From Myxococcota bacterium (GTDB taxonomy: Bacteria; Myxococcota_A; UBA9160; SZUA-336), in NCBI GenBank assembly GCA_965247115.1, contig CBDFGR010000003.1, positions 1,728,001 to 1,792,000 of the forward strand: a stretch of 64,000 nucleotides of DNA. The letters run 5' to 3'. Positions 27,676 through 35,562 of the stretch are shown one piece after another. Both the position numbers and the translations under genes were made by a program. The first letter of the stretch is position 1, and each line of letters starts with the position of its first letter. The notes under the pieces are model-generated. The model was not told the origin of the DNA. It searched no databases and saw only the letters and a program-made list of their open reading frames with translations.

Positions 27676-29354
27676 CAGAGCTTCCGGCTCTTCTCCAGTA
27701 CCTGGGTCAGCCTCTCCACCGTCTTGTCGCGCTGCTTGTCAGAGTGCTCGAGGATCTCCTGCAACGCGAGCGCGACCTGGGGAATGTACTTCTGGATGTA
27801 GCTGCGCTTTTTCTCCTCATCTGCCTCGCGGCGCCGGCGCCGGAGGTGGGTCGAGAGTCGGCGGCCGCAGTCTTGCAGCGCGAGCTTGAGCTCCTTGACG
27901 ATCTCCGGGTAGTGCGCGATGGCCTCCTTGGATTCGGAGGTGAACGGCACCCAGACGCTCGCGATGTGCACGATGATCACAATCGGCCCGAGCGGCGGGG
28001 CCCCGCGCGGTTGCTGCAAGCCGTACTTCTTCCAATCGGTGCTCGTGATGGCGCGCGTGATGGCGCAGCCGCCCACCTGGTACTGCAGCGGCACCCGGTT
28101 CGCGTAGCGGTAGACGACGGCGGCGTCGTCGTGGGAAAGGCCGCCGCCGTATGCGAGTGCCGCCTCGACCAGGAAGGGGTTCCCCCGGTAGACGGCCGGC
28201 CGGCGAGATACGGCCGTCGTGAAGTCAGAGGGATGGATCGCATGCAGGGCGCTCTCCAGCAGCTCCTCGCCGACCGGCGCGATGCAGTCCGTCGGAGGCG
28301 CCATGATCTTGGTCGCGGAGATCCCCTTGTGGAGGGACTCCGCCTGCGTGCGATCGAGCTTGCTCGGCCGCGACTTCGGGTCGAGCTGCGCCGCCTTGCA
28401 GATCTCGGCGGCGGTGCGGGTCGACACGCGCGAGAATTCACTGCAGAGAAGGCCAGAGAGGTTTCGGGACTTCGACTCGCGCAAGAGCTGCATCAGGACG
28501 CCGAGCTCCACGCCGTAGGGATGCGACTTGATCTCCGCCGTCTCTGGAGGTAGCTCGGAGGTCACGCGGTCGTAGACGATCACCTCCTCGCCTTTGCCCC
28601 GACCCGGGGGCAGGTAGGTCAGCTTGGCGTGCGGGTTCGCGAGCGAGATCTGGCGCATGTAGGAGTCGACCGAGTGCTGTCCCTTGCGATAGGCCGCCTC
28701 CAGCTCGATCTCCACCTGCGTGCCGTGATCGAGCTCCCACTCGATCTCCTCCTGCTTTCGCACCGCGGGCTGGTTCTTCTGAGTGTCGATGGCGATCTCG
28801 AAGCGGTTCGCGGGCTGGGACTTCGAGATGCGCGAGATCACGCGAACGGCGTGTCCCGTGGTCATCAGGCCGTACATGCCCGCCGCGCTGACCCCTATGC
28901 CCTGCTGTCCCCGGCTCATGCGCAGGCGGTGGAACTTGGAGCCGTAGAGCAGCTTTCCGAAGACCATGGGCACGTTCTTGGCTGGGATACCCGGGCCGTT
29001 GTCGGTGCAGGTCACACGAAAGCGGTCCTCGCGGAGCTGATCGATCTGGACGACGACGTCGGCAGCGATCCTGGCCTCGTCCGCAGCGTCGAGGGAGTTG
29101 TCGACGAGCTCCTTTACGGAGGTGAGCAGCGCCTTGGCAGGGTTATCGAAGCCCAGCAGGTGGCGGTTCTTCGCGAAGAACTCCGAGACGGAGATGTCGC
29201 GCTGCTGGCTCGCGAGCTCCACGGCAGCAGGTCTGCGGGTGGGCTTTCCCCCGGGATCGCTGCGCCGGGGCCTCGGAGTCTTACGCCTGGTCGTGGCCTT
29301 GGCCCCCGCTCTCGAGGCCCTGGCGCGCTTTCGCGCCGCGGCGTTCTTGCTCAT
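27675..29354 (-). CDS. top6B: DNA topoisomerase VI subunit B
   Basis: SVSEFFAKN, ELVDNSLDA, DNGPGI, LYGSKFH, SRGQQGIG, RYANRVPL, VPFTSESKEAI. Confidence 0.95.
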   Translation of the reverse strand: MSKNAAARKRARASRAGAKATTRRKTPRPRRSDPGGKPTRRPAAVELASQQRDISVSEFFAKNRHLLGFDNPAKALLTSVKELVDNSLDAADEARIAADVVVQIDQLREDRFRVTCTDNGPGIPAKNVPMVFGKLLYGSKFHRLRMSRGQQGIGVSAAGMYGLMTTGHAVRVISRISKSQPANRFEIAIDTQKNQPAVRKQEEIEWELDHGTQVEIELEAAYRKGQHSVDSYMRQISLANPHAKLTYLPPGRGKGEEVIVYDRVTSELPPETAEIKSHPYGVELGVLMQLLRESKSRNLSGLLCSEFSRVSTRTAAEICKAAQLDPKSRPSKLDRTQAESLHKGISATKIMAPPTDCIAPVGEELLESALHAIHPSDFTTAVSRRPAVYRGNPFLVEAALAYGGGLSHDDAAVVYRYANRVPLQYQVGGCAITRAITSTDWKKYGLQQPRGAPPLGPIVIIVHIASVWVPFTSESKEAIAHYPEIVKELKLALQDCGRRLSTHLRRRRREADEEKKRSYIQKYIPQVALALQEILEHSDKQRDKTVERLTQVLEKSRKL

Positions 29355-29393
29355 CCGATCCCCACCCCCCCACGAAGGGCGGTGAGGGTAGCG

Positions 29394-29615
29394 TCACACG
29401 ACCTTGACGTCCGCTCCCAGGAACTCGCCCACCAGCGTCACCTTGCCGCTGTTGATCAGGCTCTTGACCGTGGCGATGACCTCCTCCTCGCTCGAGGACG
29501 AGTCGGCGACGGCCGCCACCAGGTCCAGCAGGGTGGTCACGCGCGAGGCGCCCTTTGGGGCCTCTTCGACCTCCAGCGGCTCGAGTTCGGCAAGGTTCTC
29601 TGCGGCCTGGGACAT
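29394..29615 (-). CDS. Small acidic hypothetical protein
   Basis: 73 aa, TTLLDLV-AV-D...EVIATV-SLINSGKV-L-G-F; GGAG RBS and a sigma-54 promoter upstream. Confidence 0.7.
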   Translation of the reverse strand: MSQAAENLAELEPLEVEEAPKGASRVTTLLDLVAAVADSSSSEEEVIATVKSLINSGKVTLVGEFLGADVKVV

Positions 29616-29661
29616 GCGCTGGCTCCGTTCCGGACCTCATGGGCCCGCTCCTTACAGACGG

Positions 29662-29678
29662 AGCATCAGCCGTGCCAA
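29662..29678 (-). promoter_or_regulatory. Sigma-54 (-24/-12) promoter
   Basis: Minus strand TTGGCACG-GCTG-ATGCT (GG-N10-GC). Confidence 0.7.
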
Positions 29679-29825
29679 TTCTGTCCGCTTGCCGACTCCT
29701 GGTCTAACTCTCCGAAAAGAGGGAGATATCTCCTGGCAGCCCGAGAGCCCTGCCGCGGTCGTGTGGACGGAATCCGTCGGTGCGGTGACGAGGATCGTCA
29801 ACCCTCTGGCGCTTCGAGGCGGAGC

Positions 29826-30476
29826 TCACTCGCTCACCAGACGGGGCCGCTCGACCCAGCGAGCGCTTCCGGCCCGATAGAACAGCAGGCGGCGCTGCGT
29901 CACGAGGGAGATCGAGCTGTCACTCGTGGAGACGGTCTCGATCTGCTCCCTAGGGCTGAGCCCGATCTCCACGAAGGCGGTCCGGTCCGAGAGGGCGATA
30001 GCCCGGCGGGAGGTCACCACGGCGCCCAGGTTCGAGTCCGAGAACACCCTCTCCGTGTGCTCGCCCGGACTGAGCACGAGCTCGAGCCAGCTCTTGCTGG
30101 ACGCCGTGAGCGCGACGATCCGGTCGGGGAGCGCCACCAGAGCGACTCGCTCCTCCAGATGGAGTCGCTCGGTCGGGCTCTCGCTGATCCGGTAGCGAAG
30201 CTCCACCCAGTTCGGAGCCCCCGAGCGGAAGCCAAGGAGCCGCGTGCTGGTCGAGGCGACCCCGAGCCGACCTTTGCTGCCGACCGCCACTACCTTCTCC
30301 CCCAGCTCCAGATCGAGCTCGGAGACCGCTCGTCCCTCGGCGTCTACCGCGATCAGCCGCCGCTCCGTCTGCAGGATGTCGACTCGGTCCTCGATCTGGA
30401 CGCCGGGCTGCGCAGGAGCCACTGCGGTCAGGCCCAGGAACAGGGCGAGCGTGGTGCTGAGTCCGCTGGGACGCAT
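29826..30476 (-). CDS. Secreted hypothetical protein with beta-strand repeats
   Basis: Signal peptide; recurring T-RR-IA / W-EL-L--GE units. Confidence 0.7.
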   Translation of the reverse strand: MRPSGLSTTLALFLGLTAVAPAQPGVQIEDRVDILQTERRLIAVDAEGRAVSELDLELGEKVVAVGSKGRLGVASTSTRLLGFRSGAPNWVELRYRISESPTERLHLEERVALVALPDRIVALTASSKSWLELVLSPGEHTERVFSDSNLGAVVTSRRAIALSDRTAFVEIGLSPREQIETVSTSDSSISLVTQRRLLFYRAGSARWVERPRLVSE

Positions 30477-30538
30477 TTGAACTGGCTCCTCGACGTACTA
30501 CCTTGCCTCGCCCGTTCGGGGCAGATCGAGCGAGGACT

Positions 30539-30856
30539 ATGGCATTTACTCGGGTAGCGGCGCTGGACGAGATCCCAGTCGAAGGGGGACTGCGGGTCAG
30601 CCTAGGCGACCTCGAGCTCGGGATCTACCGGATCCAGGGAGAGCTGTTCGCCATGGACAACATCTGCCCCCACGCGGGGACCTCGCTCCACGAGGGCTTC
30701 CTGGAGGGGACCTGCGTGATCTGCCCCGCCCACATGTGGGAGTTCGATCTGCGGACGGGCCTGCCGCCGGGCGTGAGCGAGGGCGCCAGCCTCAGCCGCT
30801 ACGCCGTCGAGCTTCGTGGGCAGGACGTGCTGGTCGACCCGGAGACTCCGCTATAA
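30539..30856 (+). CDS. Rieske [2Fe-2S] ferredoxin
   Basis: CPH...CPAH-WEFDLRTG. Confidence 0.9.
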   Translation: MAFTRVAALDEIPVEGGLRVSLGDLELGIYRIQGELFAMDNICPHAGTSLHEGFLEGTCVICPAHMWEFDLRTGLPPGVSEGASLSRYAVELRGQDVLVDPETPL

Positions 30857-30868
30857 GACCAGCCCTTG

Positions 30869-31669
30869 CTAGAAGCTGTCTTTGAGGTGGCGGATGGCTC
30901 CGAGGATGCTTACCTCGTCGGTCGGCGTCCCCGGTAGCTGTTTCTGTACGCTCGCGATGATCTCCGGCGACCGGGCACGCATGAAGGGGTTCGTCTCCCT
31001 CTCCTCGCCCATCGTCGAGGGGACTGTCATCTCCGCGTCGGTCGCATCGTGCCAGTCCTCAGCGGCGTGCGAGCGGATCGCCTGCACGCTCTTCATCTTG
31101 TCTTGCAGCTTTTGGTTGCCGGGCTCGACGCTGAGCGCGAAGCGGATGTTGCTCTCGGTGTACTCGTGACCACAGTAGACCCGCGTGTCGTCCGGCAGGC
31201 GCGAGAGCTTCTCGTTCAGCGCCGTGTGCATCATCTGCGGGTCGCCCTCGAAGAGGCGTCCGCAGCCAGCGGCGAAGAGCGTGTCGCCGGAGAAGACCGC
31301 GCCGGGGAACACGTACGCAATGTGGCCGCTGGTGTGGGCGGGGATGAACAGGATCTCTGCCTCGAGCTCGCCCACCGAGATCGTGTCGCCTTCCTCCAGG
31401 CCGTCGGTGAAGCCCGGGATGCGCTTCGCATCGGAGACGTGCCCGAAGACGGGGGCGCCATAGCGCTCGGCCAGAACGGGATTCGCCGCGCTGTGGTCGG
31501 GGTGGTGGTGGGTCGAGAGCACCTTGGCCACCTTCACGTCCAGCGACTCGACCCGTTCGATCACCGGGTCCGCTTCCGGAGCGTCGACCACTGCGGCCTC
31601 GTTGGTCGCGGGATCGATCACAAGATAGGTGTAGTTGTCGCGAAACGTCGGGATTCGCTCTATGCGCAT
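30869..31669 (-). CDS. gloB: Hydroxyacylglutathione hydrolase (glyoxalase II)
   Basis: DNYTY, THHHPDH, GDTLF-AGCGRLFEG, CGHEYT, TNPFMR. Confidence 0.92.
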   Translation of the reverse strand: MRIERIPTFRDNYTYLVIDPATNEAAVVDAPEADPVIERVESLDVKVAKVLSTHHHPDHSAANPVLAERYGAPVFGHVSDAKRIPGFTDGLEEGDTISVGELEAEILFIPAHTSGHIAYVFPGAVFSGDTLFAAGCGRLFEGDPQMMHTALNEKLSRLPDDTRVYCGHEYTESNIRFALSVEPGNQKLQDKMKSVQAIRSHAAEDWHDATDAEMTVPSTMGEERETNPFMRARSPEIIASVQKQLPGTPTDEVSILGAIRHLKDSF

Positions 31670-31706
31670 GGAGCGCAGTCTACCAGCTGGCCGGGAGCCC
31701 TCAGAG

Positions 31707-31764
31707 CTAGAGCAGCGAGAGCTGCTCGCCCTCGGCTAGAGCAGCGAGAGCTGCTCGCCCTCGG
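31707..31764. repeat. Perfect 29-bp tandem duplication of the nuclease gene 3' end
   Basis: CTAGAGCAGCGAGAGCTGCTCGCCCTCGG at 31707-31735 and 31736-31764. Confidence 0.95.
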
Positions 31765-32584
31765 GGCGGGGCCGGACCACTGGGGGCGGGCTCTTGTCGA
31801 GAGTCGTGGGCTCCTCGAGCCGGCGACCGGGTGCCGCGTCGCAGATCTGGTTGTAGTCGCACCAGCGGCAGAGCGCGCTCGGGGTCGGGGGAAACTCCTC
31901 CTCCGCCTCCACCTGGTCGATCAGGGAGATCATGTCGGCCTTGAGCTGATCGATCTGTTCGGGGCTGCGCCGCGAACGGATCGTTTTGTTGTGCGAGAGG
32001 TAGTGCCAGACGAGCTCGACCTCCTCCGCGTCCGAATAGCTCTGCTCGAGCCCGATCTGGTAGAGGGCGAGCTGGCGGTCGGTCTCGAACCTGCGCTTGG
32101 GAGGCAGGTAGGCGCCCGTCTTGTAGTCGTGGATCTCGTAGCGGCCTGGGTCTTTCCTGACGATCCTGTCGACGATCCCGAACCACTTGTAGCGGCCTTC
32201 TGCGTCCAGCTGACCGTGGAACGGGCCTTCGATCGCGATCGTCTCCCCCTCGTCGAAGGGGTAGTGCTTGCGGTAGTAGTTCTCGAGGCAGCGTGTCCCG
32301 ATGGAGTAGTAGTGCTGCATCGGGCGCTCGATGCGCACGATCCGGATCTGCTCGTGGTAGTGGAGCGACCAGTCCTTGCGGAAGCGGTCCAGCACCTGGG
32401 CCAGGCTCGGAGGCCTCTTGTGACGCGCCACGTGGTGGTACAGACGCTCCAGGATCTCGTGGACGCGGCGCCCCACGAACGCCTCGATGCCCTCGGTCTC
32501 GACCTTGATCTTGTCGAGGTAGCGGTACCGGAAGCGACGCGCGCAGGTCTCGAAGGTCGAGAGCCGCGAGTGGCTGTACTCCAC
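31736..32584 (-). CDS. Stand-alone PD-(D/E)XK (RecB/AddB/Cas4-like) Fe-S nuclease
   Basis: YSHSRL--F-TC, G--VH--LE, GIVDRI, IHDYKTG, QLALY, CRWC-Y--IC; GTG start inferred. Confidence 0.88.
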   Translation of the reverse strand: MEYSHSRLSTFETCARRFRYRYLDKIKVETEGIEAFVGRRVHEILERLYHHVARHKRPPSLAQVLDRFRKDWSLHYHEQIRIVRIERPMQHYYSIGTRCLENYYRKHYPFDEGETIAIEGPFHGQLDAEGRYKWFGIVDRIVRKDPGRYEIHDYKTGAYLPPKRRFETDRQLALYQIGLEQSYSDAEEVELVWHYLSHNKTIRSRRSPEQIDQLKADMISLIDQVEAEEEFPPTPSALCRWCDYNQICDAAPGRRLEEPTTLDKSPPPVVRPRPEGEQLSLL

Positions 32585-32747
32585 GAATGACTGCCCCGGT
32601 GGAGGATGGGAGCGGGGGGAGTCGGAGTATCGCAGAAACCACTCGTCGGGGCACGGCATCCCATTCCGGCTGGCTTGGAAACCCCACAAATCCTTCGTAT
32701 CCTCCGGCTTCGCCGCTTTCGGGGATGGGCGGGAATCGAGGTCCGAC

Positions 32748-33572
32748 GTGAGCAGCCGCACGGAAGCGATCGCGAGCCATCTGGCCGCTCAGCGTGAGAA
32801 GAGCGACCCGATCAACGAGGCGCGCAGCCAGAGCTGGGCGGACTGGAATCTGGTGATCGAGGCCAAGGAGAAGCTCCGGGCCATCCTGCTCGAGCGAACC
32901 CCGACCGAGCGGCTGACCTCGGACGTCGAGGTCGTGCACGGGCTGATCTCGGGGCTGGTCGGCTCCCCAACGGCCTCGGAGGTGATCGAGCGCCTGCCCG
33001 AGATTCGCCATTGCCTGGCGCTGGACGTCGAGGCGGCCTACGAGGGCGACCCCGCAGCGAAGACGTACGCGGAGGTGATCATCGCTTACCCCTCCATCCA
33101 CGCGATCTCGACCTTCCGCATCGCACGCGAGCTCTACCATCTGGGCGAGCCGGTGGTGGCGCGGATCATGGCAGAGCACGCGCACAGCAACACCGGGATC
33201 GACATCCATCCCGGCGCGACCATCGGCTGCCACTTCTTTATCGACCACGGCACGGGCGTCGTGATCGGTGAGACGACGATCATCGGCAACCGCGTGAAGA
33301 TGTACCACGGCGTGACGCTCGGAGCGTTCTCTAACAAGCGCGGCCGGGCCGACGCAAACAAGAAGCGCCATCCGACCATCGAGGACGACGTCACGATCTA
33401 CCCGAACGCGACCATCCTGGGCGGCGAGACCACGATCGGCGCGGCCGCCGTGATCGGCGGGAACGCCTGGGTCACGAGCTCGGTCCCGCCTTACACCCGC
33501 GTGGTGATGGAGCCGAGTCTCCAGCGGATTGAGGAGTCCGAGGCGGGCCCCCCGCTAGCCGCCGACGTCTGA
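32748..33572 (+). CDS. cysE: Serine O-acetyltransferase (CysE/EpsC type)
   Basis: AYEGDPAA, TGIDIHPGA, FIDHGTGVVIGET, KRHPTI. Confidence 0.9.
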   Translation: MSSRTEAIASHLAAQREKSDPINEARSQSWADWNLVIEAKEKLRAILLERTPTERLTSDVEVVHGLISGLVGSPTASEVIERLPEIRHCLALDVEAAYEGDPAAKTYAEVIIAYPSIHAISTFRIARELYHLGEPVVARIMAEHAHSNTGIDIHPGATIGCHFFIDHGTGVVIGETTIIGNRVKMYHGVTLGAFSNKRGRADANKKRHPTIEDDVTIYPNATILGGETTIGAAAVIGGNAWVTSSVPPYTRVVMEPSLQRIEESEAGPPLAADV

Positions 33573-33616
33573 CCTCCGCCCGGCCCGCGGGCCCGCTCCG
33601 GGCGAGTCCACGGCGC

Positions 33617-34333
33617 TCACTTCGCGTCGTGGAAGATGATGCCGAGTGCCCAGCGTTCGCCCCAGCGAACGCGGCTCACACCGTGGCGCAAATTCACGCG
33701 CAGCGTGCCCCGCTTGCCCTGCGTGGGTCGGTGCGCGTTCGGGAAGACCAGCAGGTCGCCCTGCTCCGCGCGGATCGCCTCACCGCGGCTCTGCGCGCGG
33801 GGGCGCTGCTCGACCAGCAGGAACTCGCCGCCGCCGTAGTCGACCTCCGGCCGGCTCAGGAAGCCCGTGACCTGGAACGGAAAGGATAGCTCGCCGTACA
33901 GATCCTGGTGCAGACAGTTGTAGCCGTCCTGGGTGTAGTGGAGCAGGAGCGGCGTCGGCCGCAGCTGGCCGTTCTCATGACAGGATTTTGTGTAGGAACG
34001 AAGGGTGCGCGGGTAACCCGTCGTCTTGCCAAGGGCGGCATTCCAGCGGTTCGCGATCGGGGCAAGGTGCACGTAGAGTTGCGTGCGAAGCGCTGCGACC
34101 AGCGCGGGGAGTGGACGCGAGAAGTAACGATACTCCCCCTCGCCGAAGCGTCGCGGCCCCATGTCGATCCGACTGCGAAAGCGCCCGTCCTCGTCCCAGA
34201 GCCCGACCAGGGCCCTGCACTCTGGACGCGTGAGTAGCCTCGGGAGCAGAGCGTACCCCTGCAGATCGAGATCGTGCTCGACGGATCTCCAGTCCGCATC
34301 TCCGAGCCGCTCCGCCACCGCTCTTCCAGCCAT
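33617..34333 (-). CDS. 2OG-Fe(II) oxygenase (DUF2086-like)
   Basis: FG-GEY-YF, RPTPLLL, NCLHQDLYG, EQRPR-QSR, RHGVS, LGIIFHDA. Confidence 0.88.
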   Translation of the reverse strand: MAGRAVAERLGDADWRSVEHDLDLQGYALLPRLLTRPECRALVGLWDEDGRFRSRIDMGPRRFGEGEYRYFSRPLPALVAALRTQLYVHLAPIANRWNAALGKTTGYPRTLRSYTKSCHENGQLRPTPLLLHYTQDGYNCLHQDLYGELSFPFQVTGFLSRPEVDYGGGEFLLVEQRPRAQSRGEAIRAEQGDLLVFPNAHRPTQGKRGTLRVNLRHGVSRVRWGERWALGIIFHDAK

Positions 34334-34404
34334 CTGCCCATGCTACACACTGGCTCGAGACGATCCAGCGATCCGTCCTACCGCACGGACCGAGACCCAC
34401 CGGA

Positions 34405-35169
34405 CTAGCGCTTGAGCTCCAGGCTGACCGGACAGTGGTCGGAGCCCATGACTTCTGGCTGGATCGTCGCGCTCACGAGTTTGGGGACGAGCTCTTTACT
34501 CACCCAGAAGTAGTCCAGGCGCCAGCCGATGTTGCGTTCCCGCACGTTCGAGCGCTGACTCCAGAAGGTGTAGTGGCCGGGGTCGTCGCAGAAGTGGCGG
34601 AACGTGTCGACGTAGCCGTGGCTGGAGAAGCGAGTCATCCAGGCCCGCTCCTCGGGCAGGTACCCGGCGTTCTTCTCGTTCGCCTTCGGATGCGCCAGGT
34701 CGATTGGCTTGTGGGCGATGTTGGTGTCGCCGCACAGGACGATTCGCTTTCCCGCCCTGCGGTAGCGGTTCAGCATACGCAGCATTGCGGCGCAGAACTT
34801 GAGCTTGTAAGGAAGTCGCACGCCATCCCGCTGGCTGTTCGGGAAGTAGGAGTTCACGAGCAGGAATTGCGGAAACTCCGTCAGCAGGGCGCGCCCCTCG
34901 CGGTCGATCGCCCTGTTCCCCATGCCCACGCGGACGGCGAGGGGCTTGCGCCTGCAGTAGGTCGTGACGCCGCTGTAGCCCTTCTTCTGAGCGGGGGCCC
35001 AGTAGGAGTGATAGCCCAGCGGTCGGAGCAGCTCCTTTCCGAGCTGCTCCGGAGTGGCTCGCGACTCCTGCACGCAGACGACATCCGCGGCCTGGGTCTC
35101 GAACCAGTCGAGAAAGCCGCTCTTCCGCGCGGCCCGCAGACCGTTCACGTTCCAGGATAGGAGCTTCAT
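34405..35169 (-). CDS. xth: Exodeoxyribonuclease III
   Basis: SWNVNGLRA, C-QE, KKGYSGV, GD-NIAH, GWRLDYF, GSDHCPV. Confidence 0.93.
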   Translation of the reverse strand: MKLLSWNVNGLRAARKSGFLDWFETQAADVVCVQESRATPEQLGKELLRPLGYHSYWAPAQKKGYSGVTTYCRRKPLAVRVGMGNRAIDREGRALLTEFPQFLLVNSYFPNSQRDGVRLPYKLKFCAAMLRMLNRYRRAGKRIVLCGDTNIAHKPIDLAHPKANEKNAGYLPEERAWMTRFSSHGYVDTFRHFCDDPGHYTFWSQRSNVRERNIGWRLDYFWVSKELVPKLVSATIQPEVMGSDHCPVSLELKR

Positions 35170-35468
35170 TCCGCCGGGGGAGGCGGGTCCCCTCGACCGA
35201 GCTCGCGGATGGCCAGGACGCTGGAAAGTGTCGAGACGACGTACGGCACGAGCAAGGTGAGCCCCATCTGCAGGACCCGCCCCGCGCCGACCTCTCCACG
35301 AACGATGGCGTCCCCGTGATTGATCGCGATCAGGACCGCACCCACCACGACTGCGAACCGAGTCGCTCGGCGGGCGACGGGCCAGGACGAGGCCTGGCGA
35401 AGCCACTCAATGATCGATGACGATGACAGCGACGGCTCTGTGTCCAGGCGAGCCAGCTCTCTCGACAT
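35166..35468 (-). CDS. Small membrane protein, NrtS-like
   Basis: A-VVG-VLIAINHGD..LT-LVPY-VST. Confidence 0.7.
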   Translation of the reverse strand: MSRELARLDTEPSLSSSSIIEWLRQASSWPVARRATRFAVVVGAVLIAINHGDAIVRGEVGAGRVLQMGLTLLVPYVVSTLSSVLAIRELGRGDPPPPAE

Positions 35469-35562
35469 GCGAGATCCTCCCGGGTGGAGCCGTCGTGTTG
35501 CGGCCAGCAATCCTGTGCCCGTGTGACGCCAGCGGTCAAGTCGCACGCTAGTCTCTCCTCCC

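Noticed and set aside
28629..30557. Long antisense or alternate-frame ORFs (e.g. 28629-30557, 46592-48415, 31049-32590, 5988-7517)
   Set aside because: Shadows of real genes caused by high GC and codon bias; no family motifs
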